This document shows, piece after piece, positions 22,482 to 33,704 of a stretch of 64,000 bases of DNA (position 1 is its first letter; every line of letters starts with the position of its first letter). This stretch comes from an uncultured Actinomycetota bacterium (GTDB taxonomy: Bacteria > Actinomycetota > Actinomycetes > Propionibacteriales > Propionibacteriaceae). The stretch is from positions 29,767 to 93,766 of the forward strand of contig CAVXIY010000023.1 in NCBI GenBank assembly GCA_963761955.1, written 5' to 3'. A model generated the notes under the pieces. The model was given only the letters and a program-made list of their open reading frames with translations. It ran no database searches and had not been told where the DNA came from. Position numbers and translations under genes: made by a program.

Positions 22482-23202
22482 GTCGGATGCCTGCGCTCGG
22501 TGCAGGGCGACGATGCCGCCGGAAAGGTTGCGCCACTCGACCTGCCGCCAGCCGGCCGCACCGATCAGGTCGGCCAGGGCCGGCTGGTCGGGCCAGGCCT
22601 GGATGGACTCGGCCAGATACTCGTACGCCACCGGATTGGACGAGACCAGCGAGGCGATCTTGGGGATGGCGGCGACCAGGTAGTTCGCGTAGACCGCCCG
22701 GAACGGCCGCCAGGTCGGCGTCGAGAACTCGCACACCACCAGGGTGCCGCCCGGCTTGGTCACCCGGCGCATCTCGGCGAGTGCGGCCGCGGTGTCCTCG
22801 ACGTTGCGCAGCCCGAAGGAGATGGTGACCGCATCGAAGCTGGCGTCGGCGTACGGCAGCTGCAGCGCGTCGGCGGCAACGAAGCTCAGGTCGGGCTTGC
22901 GCGGCCTTGCCGACCTGCAGCATGCCCAGCGACAGGTCGGTGGGCACGACGATCGCGCCGGCGTGGGCGAACGGCTCGCTCGACGTGCCGGTGCCGGCGG
23001 CCAGGTCCAGGATCAGCTGGCCGGGTCGCGGCGCGACGGCCTCGACGACGAGCTTGCGCCAGGCCCGGTCCTGACCGAGGGAGAGCACGTCGTTGGCCAG
23101 GTCGTACCGGGCGGCGACGCGGTCGAACATGGCCGCCACGTCGCCGCGGCGCTTGTCGAGGGTGGCTCGGGCGGGTCCGCTACCGGCTGCGTGATCTGGC
23201 AC
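22478..23202 (-). CDS. menG: Demethylmenaquinone methyltransferase (frameshifted)
   Basis: RATLDK...[33 protein letters not shown] and [14 protein letters not shown]. Confidence 0.93.
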
Positions 23203-23276
23203 GGCGACAGCCTGTCACGACCGACTGACAGTTTCTGTCCCGCTCGCGCTCGCGGACGTTCGCGACGCGCGCGCTG

Positions 23277-23315
23277 GCCTGTCGAAGGGCGACGTCGGCC
23301 TTCGACAGGCTCAGG
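23277..23315. repeat. REP-like palindrome GCCTGTCGAAGG-N10-CCTTCGACAGGC-TCAGG
   Basis: Perfect 12-bp stem; same core as 14808-14842. Confidence 0.7.
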
Positions 23316-23334
23316 ACCGTCGCGAGCGGGTAGA

Positions 23335-24120
23335 TCAGATGTCGCGGTGCCCTGGATGTCGGTCGGCTGCTGGGCGCCGCCGGCGGGCTCGATGCTCACG
23401 GCCAGGCCCGACGAGCCGGCGACGTCGCCCCTGAACCATTGCTTGCGACTGCCGCCACCGGCGACCAGGTTGTCCGGCACGGCGCCGGCAGCGTTCAGGG
23501 TCCACAGCTGATAGGTCTTGTCGCTCCCGGTCGCGGGCAGGTCGTCGCTGACGAACAGCGCCCTGTTCAGGCTCTTGGAGACGACGAACGACATCTGGCC
23601 GCCGTTCTTCATCGTCGAGCTGTGGACCTTGACGTCCGGTGCGCTGAACAGCTGGGTCTCCAGCGCCTGGTCGGCGACCTGGCTCTGCTGTTCGCGGACC
23701 AGCGAGAACACCCAGCCGCCGAGGCCAGCGCGACCACCATGACCGCGGCGACGGCCAGCGGTGAGGACCGGGTACGCCGTTGCTGGCGCCGGAGGGCCAG
23801 CTCGTCGACCGGTGCCGGCGCAGTGGTCGGTGCGTCCTGGACGCGGCGCCGGCGGCTGCGGTCGGCTGTTCGGGCTCGACGTCCTCCAGCGGCGGCAGCA
23901 CCCGGACCTCGGAGATCGCCGACAGGATCGAGCTGCGCAGCTCAGGCGGCGGGGCGGTGGCGGTGGCCAGCAGGGACAGCTCGGCGGCCGTCTCGCAGAA
24001 CTCGACGACCTCCCGGCTGCAGGTCGGGCAGACGGCGAGGTGGGCCTCGAACTCGTCGAGCTCCGCCGGGTCCAGCGCATTGACCACGTAGGAGCCGACA
24101 GCTCCGTGGATCTCGCTCAT
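23335..24120 (-). CDS. rskA: Anti-sigma-K factor (frameshifted)
   Basis: FEAHLAVCPTC zinc-finger-like N-terminus, a TM segment, KTYQLW and AVSIEPAGG.QPT. Confidence 0.88.
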   Translation of the reverse strand: MSEIHGAVGSYVVNALDPAELDEFEAHLAVCPTCSREVVEFCETAAELSLLATATAPPPELRSSILSAISEVRVLPPLEDVEPEQPTAAAGAASRTHRPLRRHRSTSWPSGASNGVPGPHRWPSPRSWWSRWPRRLGVLAGPRTAEPGRRPGAGDPAVQRTGRQGPQLDDEERRPDVVRRLQEPEQGAVRQRRPARDRERQDLSAVDPERCRRRAGQPGRRWRQSQAMVQGRRRRLVGPGREHRARRRRPAADRHPGHRDI

Positions 24121-24741
24121 GCTTCCACCCCCAAGGCGTCTCGCAGGCCGATCAGGCCGTCACGGATGCGGGTCTTCACCGTGCCGAGCGGCAGCTTGAG
24201 CAGCTGGGCCACCTGGCTCTGGGTGTAGCCGCCGAAGTAGGCGAGCGTCAGCGCTTCGCGCTGGATCGCGGTCAACGAGGCCATGCCTTTCCGGACTCGC
24301 TCGACATCCAGCCGTTGTTCGACGCCTTCCCAGACGTGGTCGACTTCGCGATCAGCGGTGGCGAAGGCGTACTTCTCGTCCCGAGCGGTCTCGCTGGTCA
24401 CCGAGCGGACCCGATCGACGGCCCGGCGGTGGGCCATCGTGGTCATCCAGGCGAGCACGCTGCCCTTGTCGGGCGCATAGCGGGCCGACTGCCGCCAGAC
24501 CTCGACGTAGACCTCCTGGGTGACCTCGGCCGCATGGTCCGGCGACCGCAGGACCCGCAGGATCGATCGCGTAGATCCGGCGCGAGGTGAGGTCGTAGAG
24601 CTCGGCGAAGGCGTCCTCGTGACCGCGGGCCGAGCGGGCCATCAGGTCGGCCAGGTGCGCTGCGTCGGCCTCCCGACCGCCGGACCGCCCGGGCCGGGAG
24701 GACTGGCCTCCCGGCTCGGGCGGAACGGACGAGATGTTCAT
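24117..24741 (-). CDS. sigK: ECF sigma factor SigK (frameshifted)
   Basis: AFAELYD, AW.TTMAHRRAVDRVRS, QREALTLAYFGGYT and LGTVKTRIRDGLI.LRD. Confidence 0.9.
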
Positions 24742-24776
24742 GACTGCGACGCGTCTCACAGCGATTCGGTGATGCA

Positions 24777-25439
24777 TCAGGACTTCGGCAGCAACACGCT
24801 GTCGATGATGTAGACCGTGGCGTTGGCGGTCTGCACGTTGCCGCACAGGACCTTGGCCTCGCCGTTGACGGTGAAGTCCTCGCCGGAGCCCTCGACGGTG
24901 ACGCCCTGCTTCTTGTTCAGGCTGTCGTGGTCGCCGGCGAGCATGTCGGGGGTGAGCCGGCCGGGGACGACGTGCTCGGTCAGGATCGCGGTCAGCATCT
25001 TCTTGTCGGCCAGGACCGTCTTCAGGGTCTTCTTGTCGATCTTGGCGAAGGCGTCGTTGGTCGGGGCGAAGACGGTGATGTCCTCGGCGTTGTTCAGCGT
25101 GTCGACCAGGCCGGCCTCCTTGACCGCGGTGACCAGGGTGCTGAGCAGCGGGTTGTTGCTGGCCGCGGTGGCGACCGGGTCCTTCGACATGCCGTCGAAC
25201 GAGCCCTTGCCGGACTTCGGAACGGCGGAGCAGGCGGCGCCGAACGGCTCGTCGACATCGGATTGCGCTGGCCGACGGGTGACTCCATCGGCGGCGGACG
25301 ACGGGCGCCGAGGCCGAGGCGGTGCCGAGGAGGCGGCGGGGGCCGCGCTGGCGCCGACGCGCCACAGGCGGCGAGGGCCAGCGGGAAGGCGAGGCAGCGG
25401 CCAGGCGGCGAACTTGGCGGTGCGGGAGGTTGTGGACAT
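24777..25439 (-). CDS. Fasciclin-domain MPT83/MPT70-like exported protein (N-terminus frameshifted)
   Basis: PFGAAC, DPVATAASNNPLLSTL, ITVFAPTNDAF and CGNVQTANATVYIID.VL.P. Confidence 0.92.
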   Translation of the reverse strand: MSTTSRTAKFAAWPLPRLPAGPRRLWRVGASAAPAASSAPPRPRRPSSAADGVTRRPAQSDVDEPFGAACSAVPKSGKGSFDGMSKDPVATAASNNPLLSTLVTAVKEAGLVDTLNNAEDITVFAPTNDAFAKIDKKTLKTVLADKKMLTAILTEHVVPGRLTPDMLAGDHDSLNKKQGVTVEGSGEDFTVNGEAKVLCGNVQTANATVYIIDSVLLPKS

Positions 25440-25523
25440 GGAGAGTCCTCCTTCGAGGATGGTGATGTTCTGCGAGCGGATCGGATGCGCTGTGACGGAC
25501 TCTTGGCCCGTCGCTCATGGGTC

Positions 25524-25551
25524 ATTCGGCGCGGACCGGCCAGCGGGATTG
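25524..25551 (-). promoter_or_regulatory. Putative SigK promoter CAATCC-N16-CCGAAT
   Basis: Resembles the mycobacterial SigK consensus (CATCC...CCGAAT type); upstream of fasciclin-sigK-rskA. Confidence 0.7.
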
Positions 25552-25698
25552 GTGCGGAGCCGGATTGATCGATCGTATTCGTCTCGCTGGCGCGCACGCA
25601 GACCGGCGAGTGACTCCATGCGACGAGCTCGCGACGCGTGCCGGCAGCGAGAGACGTGTCGCGGATCTCGCGGTCCGAAGCGAGGCAGAATCGCACCC

Positions 25699-26343
25699 AT
25701 GGCCAAACGCGCGACCATCCTCAAGGTGACCGGTCTCCGCCGGGCCTTCGGACCGAACACGATCATCGACAAGTTCAACCTCGAGGTCCGGGCGGGCGAG
25801 GCGATCGCGCTGACCGGGCGCAACGGCGCCGGCAAGTCGACCCTGCTGCGCTGCCTGGTCGGCGCCGACCGGCCGGACGACGGCACCATCAAGGTCTGCG
25901 GCAACCCGATGTCGGAGACGTCGCCGGAGATCCGCCGCGACGTGGCGACCGTGATCGACGACCTCGACTTCTTCCCCGACCTCAGCGTGGTCGAGCACCT
26001 CGACCTGCTGGCCCGCGCCCACGGCATCGCCGAGCCGGACGCACTGGTCGACGAGGTGCTGGAGGAGGTGCAGCTCGTCCCGCAGTCCGGCCAGCTGCCC
26101 GGCACGCTGTCGTCCGGGCAGCGCCGCCGGCTGGCGCTGGCCACGGCCTTCGTCCGGCCGCGGAAGCTGTTGATCCTGGACGAGCCGGAGCAGCGGCTGG
26201 ACACCGAGGGCGTGAGCTGGCTCGCCGCGCGGCTGAAGAGCGAGCGGCAGAAGGGGCTGGCGATCGTCTTCGCCAGCCACGAGCCGACGCTGGTCGAGAC
26301 CGTCGCGACCCGGGTGGTCGAGCTCGGAGCGCCGCGCGGATGA
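25699..26343 (+). CDS. ABC transporter ATP-binding protein
   Basis: GRNGAGKST, LSSGQRRR and LILDEP. Confidence 0.93.
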   Translation: MAKRATILKVTGLRRAFGPNTIIDKFNLEVRAGEAIALTGRNGAGKSTLLRCLVGADRPDDGTIKVCGNPMSETSPEIRRDVATVIDDLDFFPDLSVVEHLDLLARAHGIAEPDALVDEVLEEVQLVPQSGQLPGTLSSGQRRRLALATAFVRPRKLLILDEPEQRLDTEGVSWLAARLKSERQKGLAIVFASHEPTLVETVATRVVELGAPRG

Positions 26344-27998
26344 GCACGGTCGACGCCGACGATCTGACCTGGCAGCAGCCGCCGGACCCCGAGCCGCTGG
26401 TCCCGGCCACGCCGCGCGAGCTGAAGGGGCTGATGAAGGACTGGCGGTCGGGCCGGGCCACCCGCAACGTGCTGCAGGCGATCAGCGACGCGTACGTGGC
26501 GCTGATCGGCGCGGTGATGATCGGCGCGATGCTGGTCAACGTCGTCCTCAAGGCGCAGAGCACCGTCGCCGCAGTGCAGCACCGCGTCCTGCCTCTCGGC
26601 GCGGACCATGCTGCCGCTCGCCGCGTTCGCCGCCGCGGTGGCGGTCGCGCTGGCCGCCAGCCGGCTGTTCGGGCCGGTGCTCGCGTCGGCCGCCGAGGGC
26701 TTCTGGCTGCTGGACGCGCCGATCTCGCGGGCGAAGCTGCTGCAGTCCCGGCTCGTCGCCGCGATCGTGGCCGCCTTCGTCGGCGGCGGGGCGATCGGCG
26801 CGCTGATCTCGGCGCTGACCGGGTCGAGTTCTCGCGGCGTGCTGGTCTGGGCCGCCGCGACGGGGCTGTCCGCCGCGGCTTCGGTGTCCTTCGCGGCGGC
26901 GCAGCAGGGCGCCGAGCGGCACCGGCTGACCCATGCGGCGTCCTACTTCTTCGGCCTGCTCGGCCTCGCCGCGCTGTTCGGCGTGGTGGGGGTGGCCGCC
27001 GGCTGGTTCGACCTCGGACTGAGTCCGCGACCTCGGCGTCGAGCTCGGCGCGATCGTGATCGGCTTCTCCGGCGCTGGTGCTGATCGCCAGTGCCGTGCT
27101 GGCGCGGATCCGGCTCGGACGGATCCGGCGTACCCGGCTGATCAGCGGCGGCGCGCTGGTCAGCGGACTCTCCGGTGCCTTCTACGCGCTCGACATCGGC
27201 CTGGCCCGCGACATCGTGGTCGAGCGTCGCGCGCAGGAGATCGGCCACGTCAAGCCGAAGCGCGGCAAGGGTCTCGGGCTCCAGGCCATCATCTGGCGGG
27301 AGTGGCAGCGGCTGCTGCCGGTTCCCGCAGCCGCTGCTCGTGCTGGCCGGCACGGTCGTGGTCCCGTACGCCGCCGATGCGCTGGGGATGAGCGTGCTGA
27401 CCCCGGTCTTCGGCGCTCTGGCGCTGTTCGGCGCCCTGATCCCGCTGCTCGGTGGGCTGCGGGTGCTGACCCGGACCGGCGGCCTGGCCCGCTGCCTGCC
27501 GTTCTCGCTCGCCCGGCTCAAGCTGGCCTCGATCGCGGTGCCGGCGGTGCTGGCCGCGATCTGGGCCGCCGCTGGTCAGCGGCGCCTTCGTCGGGCTTCG
27601 GCGTGGGATCGCGAGCACCGCAACGTCGTCGACGCCGTCGATGATGGCCATCGCCACCGCGGCGATCGGCCTGCTCGGCGCTGTCCGCTGGACCTCGGCG
27701 AAGGGCGTCGACTACGGCGTACCGATGGTCGTCCAGCGGCGCCGGCGCCTTCCCGCCCGGGCTGTTCCTCAACCTGTTCCGGGGCTTCGACGTCTGCCTG
27801 ATCGGCACGGCGCCGATGGTGCTGGGCTGCTCACCGCTGTGGTCGCTGGCCATCGCCGCCATCGCGGCCGGCATCCTGCTCAACTCGATGGACGCCGAGT
27901 CGCTCCGCGCCCAGCAGGCCGAGCAGCGCAAGCTGCTCGAGGAGCAGAAGAAGCAGCGGGCGGCCGAGCATGGCCTCCCGAAGCAACGCAAGCGCTGA
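26340..27998 (+). CDS. Multi-TM ABC exporter membrane partner, DUF6297-like (frameshifted)
   Basis: Hydrophobic segments over five partial ORFs; ATGA coupling to the ATPase. Confidence 0.7.
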
Positions 27999-28036
27999 CT
28001 CGCATCGCCGAGAGCACTGGACCGCAGCGAACGCGC

Positions 28037-29636
28037 CTACTCCGTCGTGAACTGGATCTGGTGCCAGCCGGTGGCGCCCGAGGGGAACACCTTGGTCCGC
28101 TGTCTCGGGCTGGCGTCTCGCCGCTCAGGTCGGTGGCCCGCACCTGGGCGCTGTGCAGCCCGGCCGGTCCGTCGTAGACGTAGGACCACTGCCGCCACAG
28201 GTCGATCCCGGCGTCGTCGGCGAGCTTGGCCTCCCGCCAGTCGCCGTCGTCGATCCTGATCTCGACCTTGTCGATGCCGCGGTGCTGGGCCCAGGCCACG
28301 CCCGCGATCACCGCCTTGTCCTTCGGGCACGGTGCTGAGTGACTTCGGCACGTCGATCCGGCTCTGGGTCAGGATCGGGGCGTCGGTCGCCCACTTGCGG
28401 TCGGTCCAGTAGGCGGAGCGCTTGGCGTACGTGGTGAACTCGATCCGCTTCAGCCACTTGGTGGCCGAGACGAAGCCGAACAGGCCGGGCACCAGCATCC
28501 GGGCCGGGAAACCGTGGGCATCGGGCAGCGGCTCGCCGTTCATCGCGACCACGATCATCGCGTCGCGGCCGTCGCTGACCGCCTGGTACGGCGTGGAGCA
28601 GGTGTAGCCGGAGTCGGAGGAGTAGGAGTACACCTGATCGACGCCCGGCTGCACGCCGACCCGCTTGATGATCTCGGCGAACGGCACGCCCAGCCACTTC
28701 GACGTGCTGACGTACGGCCCGCCGACCTCGTTGGACACGCAGGTCAGGGTGATGTTGCGCTCGATCATGCGGCATCTTCAGCAGATCGTCGTAGGTCAGG
28801 TGCAACGGCTTGTCGACCATCCCGTCGATGGTCAGGGTCCAGCCCTCGACGTCGACGCGCGGGGTGACCAGGCTGATGTCCACCCGGTAGAACTTGTCGT
28901 TCGCGGTGATGAACGGGGTCACCTGTCCAACTGGGCGCCGGCCGGGATCGCTGTCGCCGCGGACGCGGGCGCCGGAAGTCCCACCATCCGCCGCGCGGCC
29001 GAGCCGGCCTGGCGGACGCGGTCGAGGACGATGCCGCCGCCGCCGGCGACGGCCGCGAGCAGCCCGGCGCCGCCGAGCCCGAGCAGGAACCGTCGCCGCG
29101 TCGCATCAGACATCCGGATCGGATCGGGTATCTCGACCGAGCGGGTGCCGGATCGGCGAGTTCGTCGGTCCGTCGGTCGGATCGGGGCGCAGGCTGGTCA
29201 TGATCGACAGAGCGGCCACGCCGACCGCTCCGGCGACCAGGGACGGGATGGCGTCGATCGCCGATCCGCGGTAGACCGCGGCGGCCATCCCGGCGACGCC
29301 GAGCAACGAGATCCCGATCAAGGACACCGATCGACGGCGCCAGGCGATCAGTCCGAGGGCGGCGGCGAAGACCAACAACACCACGCCGATGCTGCTGATC
29401 AAGATCGGCTTGTCGTAGGTGCCGAAGGTGCGGACGGCGAACTCCTTCGCCGGCGTGGGCGCGGCGTCGATCAGCACCGAACCCACCGCGATGATCGGTG
29501 AGGCCGGTGGATTGATCATGGCGGCCATGCCGTGGCCGACGCCCACGGCGGCCAGCGCCGCAACCACCCCGGCGAGCGCCCGGAGCGCCGGCCGGGGCGG
29601 GGTGACGGCAGGAGCGGTGGACGCGGGATGGGTCAT
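28037..29636 (-). CDS. Membrane-anchored molybdopterin-dependent oxidoreductase, sulfite-oxidase family (frameshifted)
   Basis: FYRVD, TLTCVSNEVGG, HGFPARM.VPGLFGFVSATKW and GVAWAQHRGI; N-terminal TMs and an internal TRRRFL twin-arginine motif. Confidence 0.9.
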
Positions 29637-29643
29637 GGTGACA

Positions 29644-29670
29644 GTTCGTCGCGCCGGTCCAGTGAGATTG
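29644..29670 (-). promoter_or_regulatory. Second putative SigK promoter CAATCT-N15-ACGAAC (probably leaderless)
   Basis: Same architecture and similar spacer as 25524-25551; the -10 element ends 7 nt before ATG 29636. Confidence 0.6.
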
Positions 29671-29719
29671 GTCGCACCGGCACCGGACCGGGCAAAGGCC
29701 GGCCGCTCGCGGCTAGGCT

Positions 29720-30985
29720 GTGCCGGTGACCCCGGCGGAGGATCTGATCGCGCCTCGGCTGCGCGTGCAGGACGGTCGAGATCGCAGACCCTGGATCACT
29801 GCTCGCCCTGCTGCCACCGAAGGACGCGTACGCCTGGGTGCGGCACGGCGACGGCATGGTCGGCTGGGGCGAGGTGGCCCGGCACAAGCCCGAGCAGCCT
29901 GGACGAGGCCTCGGAGTGGCTCGACGATCTCGTGGCGCACCTGGAGGTCACCGCCGAACTGGACCAGGCGCCGGCCGGCGCCGGTTTCATGGCGTTCGGC
30001 AGCTTCACCTTCGATCCGTCAGTCACCGCCGCCCAGTCGACGCTCGTCGTGCCGCGGGTGGTCGTCGGCCGGCGCAACGGCCGTTCCTGGCTGACCACGA
30101 TCGGGCCGGCGACGGCCGAGAGACCGCTGGCCAGCCGGCCCGCGCCGCCGGAACCGCCGCGCAACGTCTCCTTCGCCGACGGCGCGCTGAGCGGACCCGA
30201 GTGGGAGGCGGCCGTTGCCGAAGCGGTCGAGCGGATCAGCCGCGGCGACCTCGACAAGGTGGTGCTGGCCCGCGATCTGCTCGCCTTCGCCGACAACGAC
30301 ATCGATCCGCGCTGGCTGGTCGGCCGGCTCATCGCGCAGTATCCACAGTGCTGGACCTATCTGGTCGACGGCCTGGTCGGTGCGACCCCGGAGATGCTGG
30401 TCCGACTGGAATCGGGCCTCGCGACCTCCCGGGTGCTGGCCGGAACCATCCGGCGAACCGGTGATGATGATCATGATCTCAATCTCGCCGCCGCGCTTTC
30501 CCAGTCCAGCAAGGATCTCGAGGAGCACGAGTACGCCGTGAGCTCGGTGGCGCGGGCGCTGGCGCGGATTCTGCTCGGGCATGCACGTCCCCGAGTCGCC
30601 GTACGTGCTGGAACTGCCGAACGTGCTCCATCTGGCCACCGACGTCACCGCGGTCGCCGATCCGGGCGCGAGCTCGCTGCGCCTGGCCGCGGCGCTGCAC
30701 CCCAGCGCCGCCGTCTGTGGCACGCCGACCGATGCCGCCCGCTCGTTGATCGCCGAGCTCGAGCAGCTGGACCGCGAGCGGTACGCCGGACCGGTCGGCT
30801 GGATCGACGCCCGGGGTGACGGGGAGTGGGCCATCGCGCTGCGCTGCGGCCAGCTCAGCGAGACCGATCCGCGGCAGATCCGGCTGTTCGCGGGCTGCGG
30901 GATCGTCGCCGGCTCCGATCCGATGGCCGAACTGGCCGAGTCCAACGCCAAGCTGATCCCGATGCGGGACGCGTTGGGCGACTGA
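29720..30985 (+). CDS. menF: Isochorismate synthase (frameshifted)
   Basis: KVVLARD, GATPEML, LAGT, SKDLEEH, LHPSAAVCGTP, RYAGPVGW and AGCGIVAGSDP..E..E...K. Confidence 0.92.
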
Positions 30986-31147
30986 GCCCGGTCGGAATGA
31001 CACGCTCAAGTTGGGTCCGGAAGTAATTCCGCGTGTTACCGTTTTTGCACTCCGGACGTTGGGGAACGGCCGGCGACCATGCGGATGTGAAGCGGACAGT
31101 ACTCAGGGGTCTGGACCTTCCTTGACGATGTCAGGGGTCAAGACTCC

Positions 31148-32477
31148 ATGAAAAGACTGTTCAGCCTGCTTGTCGCCGTGGCCATGATCAGCATTGCGAT
31201 GGCCGCCGGGCCGCCGGATGCTCGTGCGGCCGATCCAGCACCGACCACTTCGGCAGCGAAGCCGAAGCCGGTGTTCACACCTGCCGCCGGTGCGCATCTT
31301 CAACAAGCCGCGGGGAACCGCGGCCGAGCAGTTGGTGATCATGAACCTGCTGGTCAAGTCGACCCGCAGCGCTCCGCCCGGTTCGACGATCCGGATCGCG
31401 GTCTACTCGTTCACCTACACCCCGTTGGCCAGCGCCCTGATGAAGGCATTCCGGCGCGGCGTCATCGTCAAGATCATCATCGATGACCACGCCGTTCCAC
31501 GGACCGAGGAAAACCTGCGGCTGCGCAAGGAACTGAACGCCATCAGCACCGACGCAAGCTGGGTCAGCACGTGCAAGTTCGGCTGCATGTCGGCCAAGCC
31601 GTCGCTCATGCACGCGAAGCTCTACCAGTTCTCCCGCTCCGGCACCGCCAACTACGTGACCATGATCTCGTCGGCGAACCCCGCCTTCGGCTCGGCCATC
31701 TCTTCGTGGAACAACAACTGTACACGCATGATCGGCGACGTGGCGACGTACGAGTCGAACCGGAAGTACTTCAACGACATGGCGAAGGACAAGACCAACA
31801 CCAACTACTACCGGGCCACGACCAGCGGCCCTGGTACGAACCTACTTCTTCCCGAGGGCTGGCACGACGTCGAAGTCCGACAACATCTACACGACGCTCG
31901 ACGCGGTCAAATGCAAAGGGGCGAGCCGCCGGACTACGGCAATGCCAAGAGGCGCACGATCATCCGGATCATCGTCCTGCGAGTGGACCTACGCTGCGGG
32001 CGAACATCGCCAAGCAAGCTGGCGGTCCATGGCCAGCCAGGGTTGCGACGTCCAGGTGATCTACTCACGGGACACGAACCCAGGCTCCGATCCCGGCGAT
32101 CCTGCTGAAGAAGAAGATTCCGACCTACGACTCGCGCGTCGACCTCAACGGTGATCTTGCGCCCGACCTCTACGCACACAGCAAGTACGTGTTGATCAAC
32201 GGCGCAGTCGGCGCGGACACGCACGCCAAGATCGTCTACACCGGCTCGGCGAACTTCACCCGGAACAGCCTGCGCGAGTCCAACGAGATCATGATCCGGA
32301 TCGATCGCGACGACATCTACAACCAGTACGTGGCCAGACTTCAACGAGATCCGCAACGGCTGGACTACGCGGCGTCACCAAGCGTGCCCACGCGCCAACC
32401 GATGTCGACGAGTGCCACTGGACGAGAACGATCCGAGAGCCAACGACTACCGACTCGATCCGAACGAGGACGATTAG
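31148..32477 (+). CDS. Secreted phospholipase D-like domain protein (frameshifted)
   Basis: Signal peptide, IRIAVYSF, two HxK motifs (MHAKLY...SSAN; AHSKY...TGSANFT...NE). End approximate. Confidence 0.8.
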
Positions 32478-32480
32478 GCC

Positions 32481-33704
32481 ATGTCTCGAAGTTTCCTGCG
32501 GCGGGAGGTAGTCCCCGCGTCGCTGTCGTCGTGCTGGCCGGCGGGAGATCTCGCCGGTTCGGCACCGACAAGCTCGCGTCACGAGGTCGCCGGCCGGTCG
32601 CTGCTGGACGCACACGCTCGACGCCTTGCCGGCCGACGCCGACGTCTATCTCGTCGGGCCGCCACGACCGGCGTCCCGGCCGTTGGTCATCGTCCGCGAG
32701 GAACCGCCGGGCGGCGGTCCGGCCGCGGCGCTGGTCTGCGGTCTCGACGCCGCACTCGAGGCCGGTGCCGACCTCATCGCCACGCTGCCGGGGGACGCGC
32801 CCCAGCGCCGGATCGGCGGCCGATGGTCCTCCTCGACCGACTCCGCAGCGATCCAGACGCGACCGCCGTCGTGGGCGTCGATCCCGATGGCCGCGAGCAG
32901 CCGCTCCAGCTCGCCCTGACCCGCACCGCCGCGGCGCAGATCATCGCCGCCGCCGGACCGACCCGGGGAGCCGGCCAGTCCGCCCGGGCCCTGGTGCGGC
33001 GCGCTCCAGCCGCCGGCGGTCCGGTGCGGGTGGATGGGGCCGCGGTGTTCGACATCGACGACCACGATCAGCTGACCGCTTGGCAGCTCGCGCAGTCTCC
33101 CGCGATCGAGGACGTGCTGTCGGCAGTCGAGCGGCGCGGCGGCGCCGACCGCAGGCACCCGCTGGTGGTCGCGCTCGACGGCCCGAGCTGCGCCGGCAAG
33201 TCGATCCTGGCCACCGCCCTGCGACTGCGGACGTCCGCGACGCGTGATCGAGGGCGACGACTTCTACGGCACTGACCTGCCGTCGCTGCACCGCGATGGA
33301 GCGAGAGGCGATGAGCGATGCCGAGGTGGCGGCGGCGGTGATCGACTGGCGACGGCTGCGCGACGAGGCGCTCAGCCGCTCGCCGCCGGTCGGCCGGCGC
33401 GGTTCCAGCCGTACGACTGGTCGGCCGACGACGGCCGGCTGGCGGCGGAGAAGGTCCTCCGGCCCGCCGACCTGATCATCGTGGAGGGCGTCTACTCGGC
33501 CCGTCCCGAGCTGGCCGACCTGGTCGATCTGGCGGTCCATGTCGACGTCGATCCCGAGCGTCGCGGATGCGGCGACTACGCCGAGCGCGGCAACGATCCG
33601 GAGTGGACCCGGCTTGTGGGAGCGGGGCGAGGCGCTACTACTTCGCGCGGGTGCGGCCCCCGGAGTCCTTCGATCTCCGCCTCCGGTCACCGGAGGTCAG
33701 CTGA
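32481..33704 (+). CDS. MobA-like nucleotidyltransferase fused to a uridine-kinase-like P-loop domain (frameshifted)
   Basis: VVLAGGRSRRFGTDK, REEPPGGGPAAA and DIDD, continuing in one frame into VVALDGPSCAGKS; then EGDDFY and IIVEGVYS. Confidence 0.7.

Noticed and set aside
22170-22772. MenG-TM0106 fusion protein
   Set aside because: The read-through is most likely an indel near 22490; a GTGA stop/start overlap is present at 22478-22481.
30990-31147. Riboswitch upstream of the PLD-like gene
   Set aside because: No recognisable aptamer consensus or expression platform.
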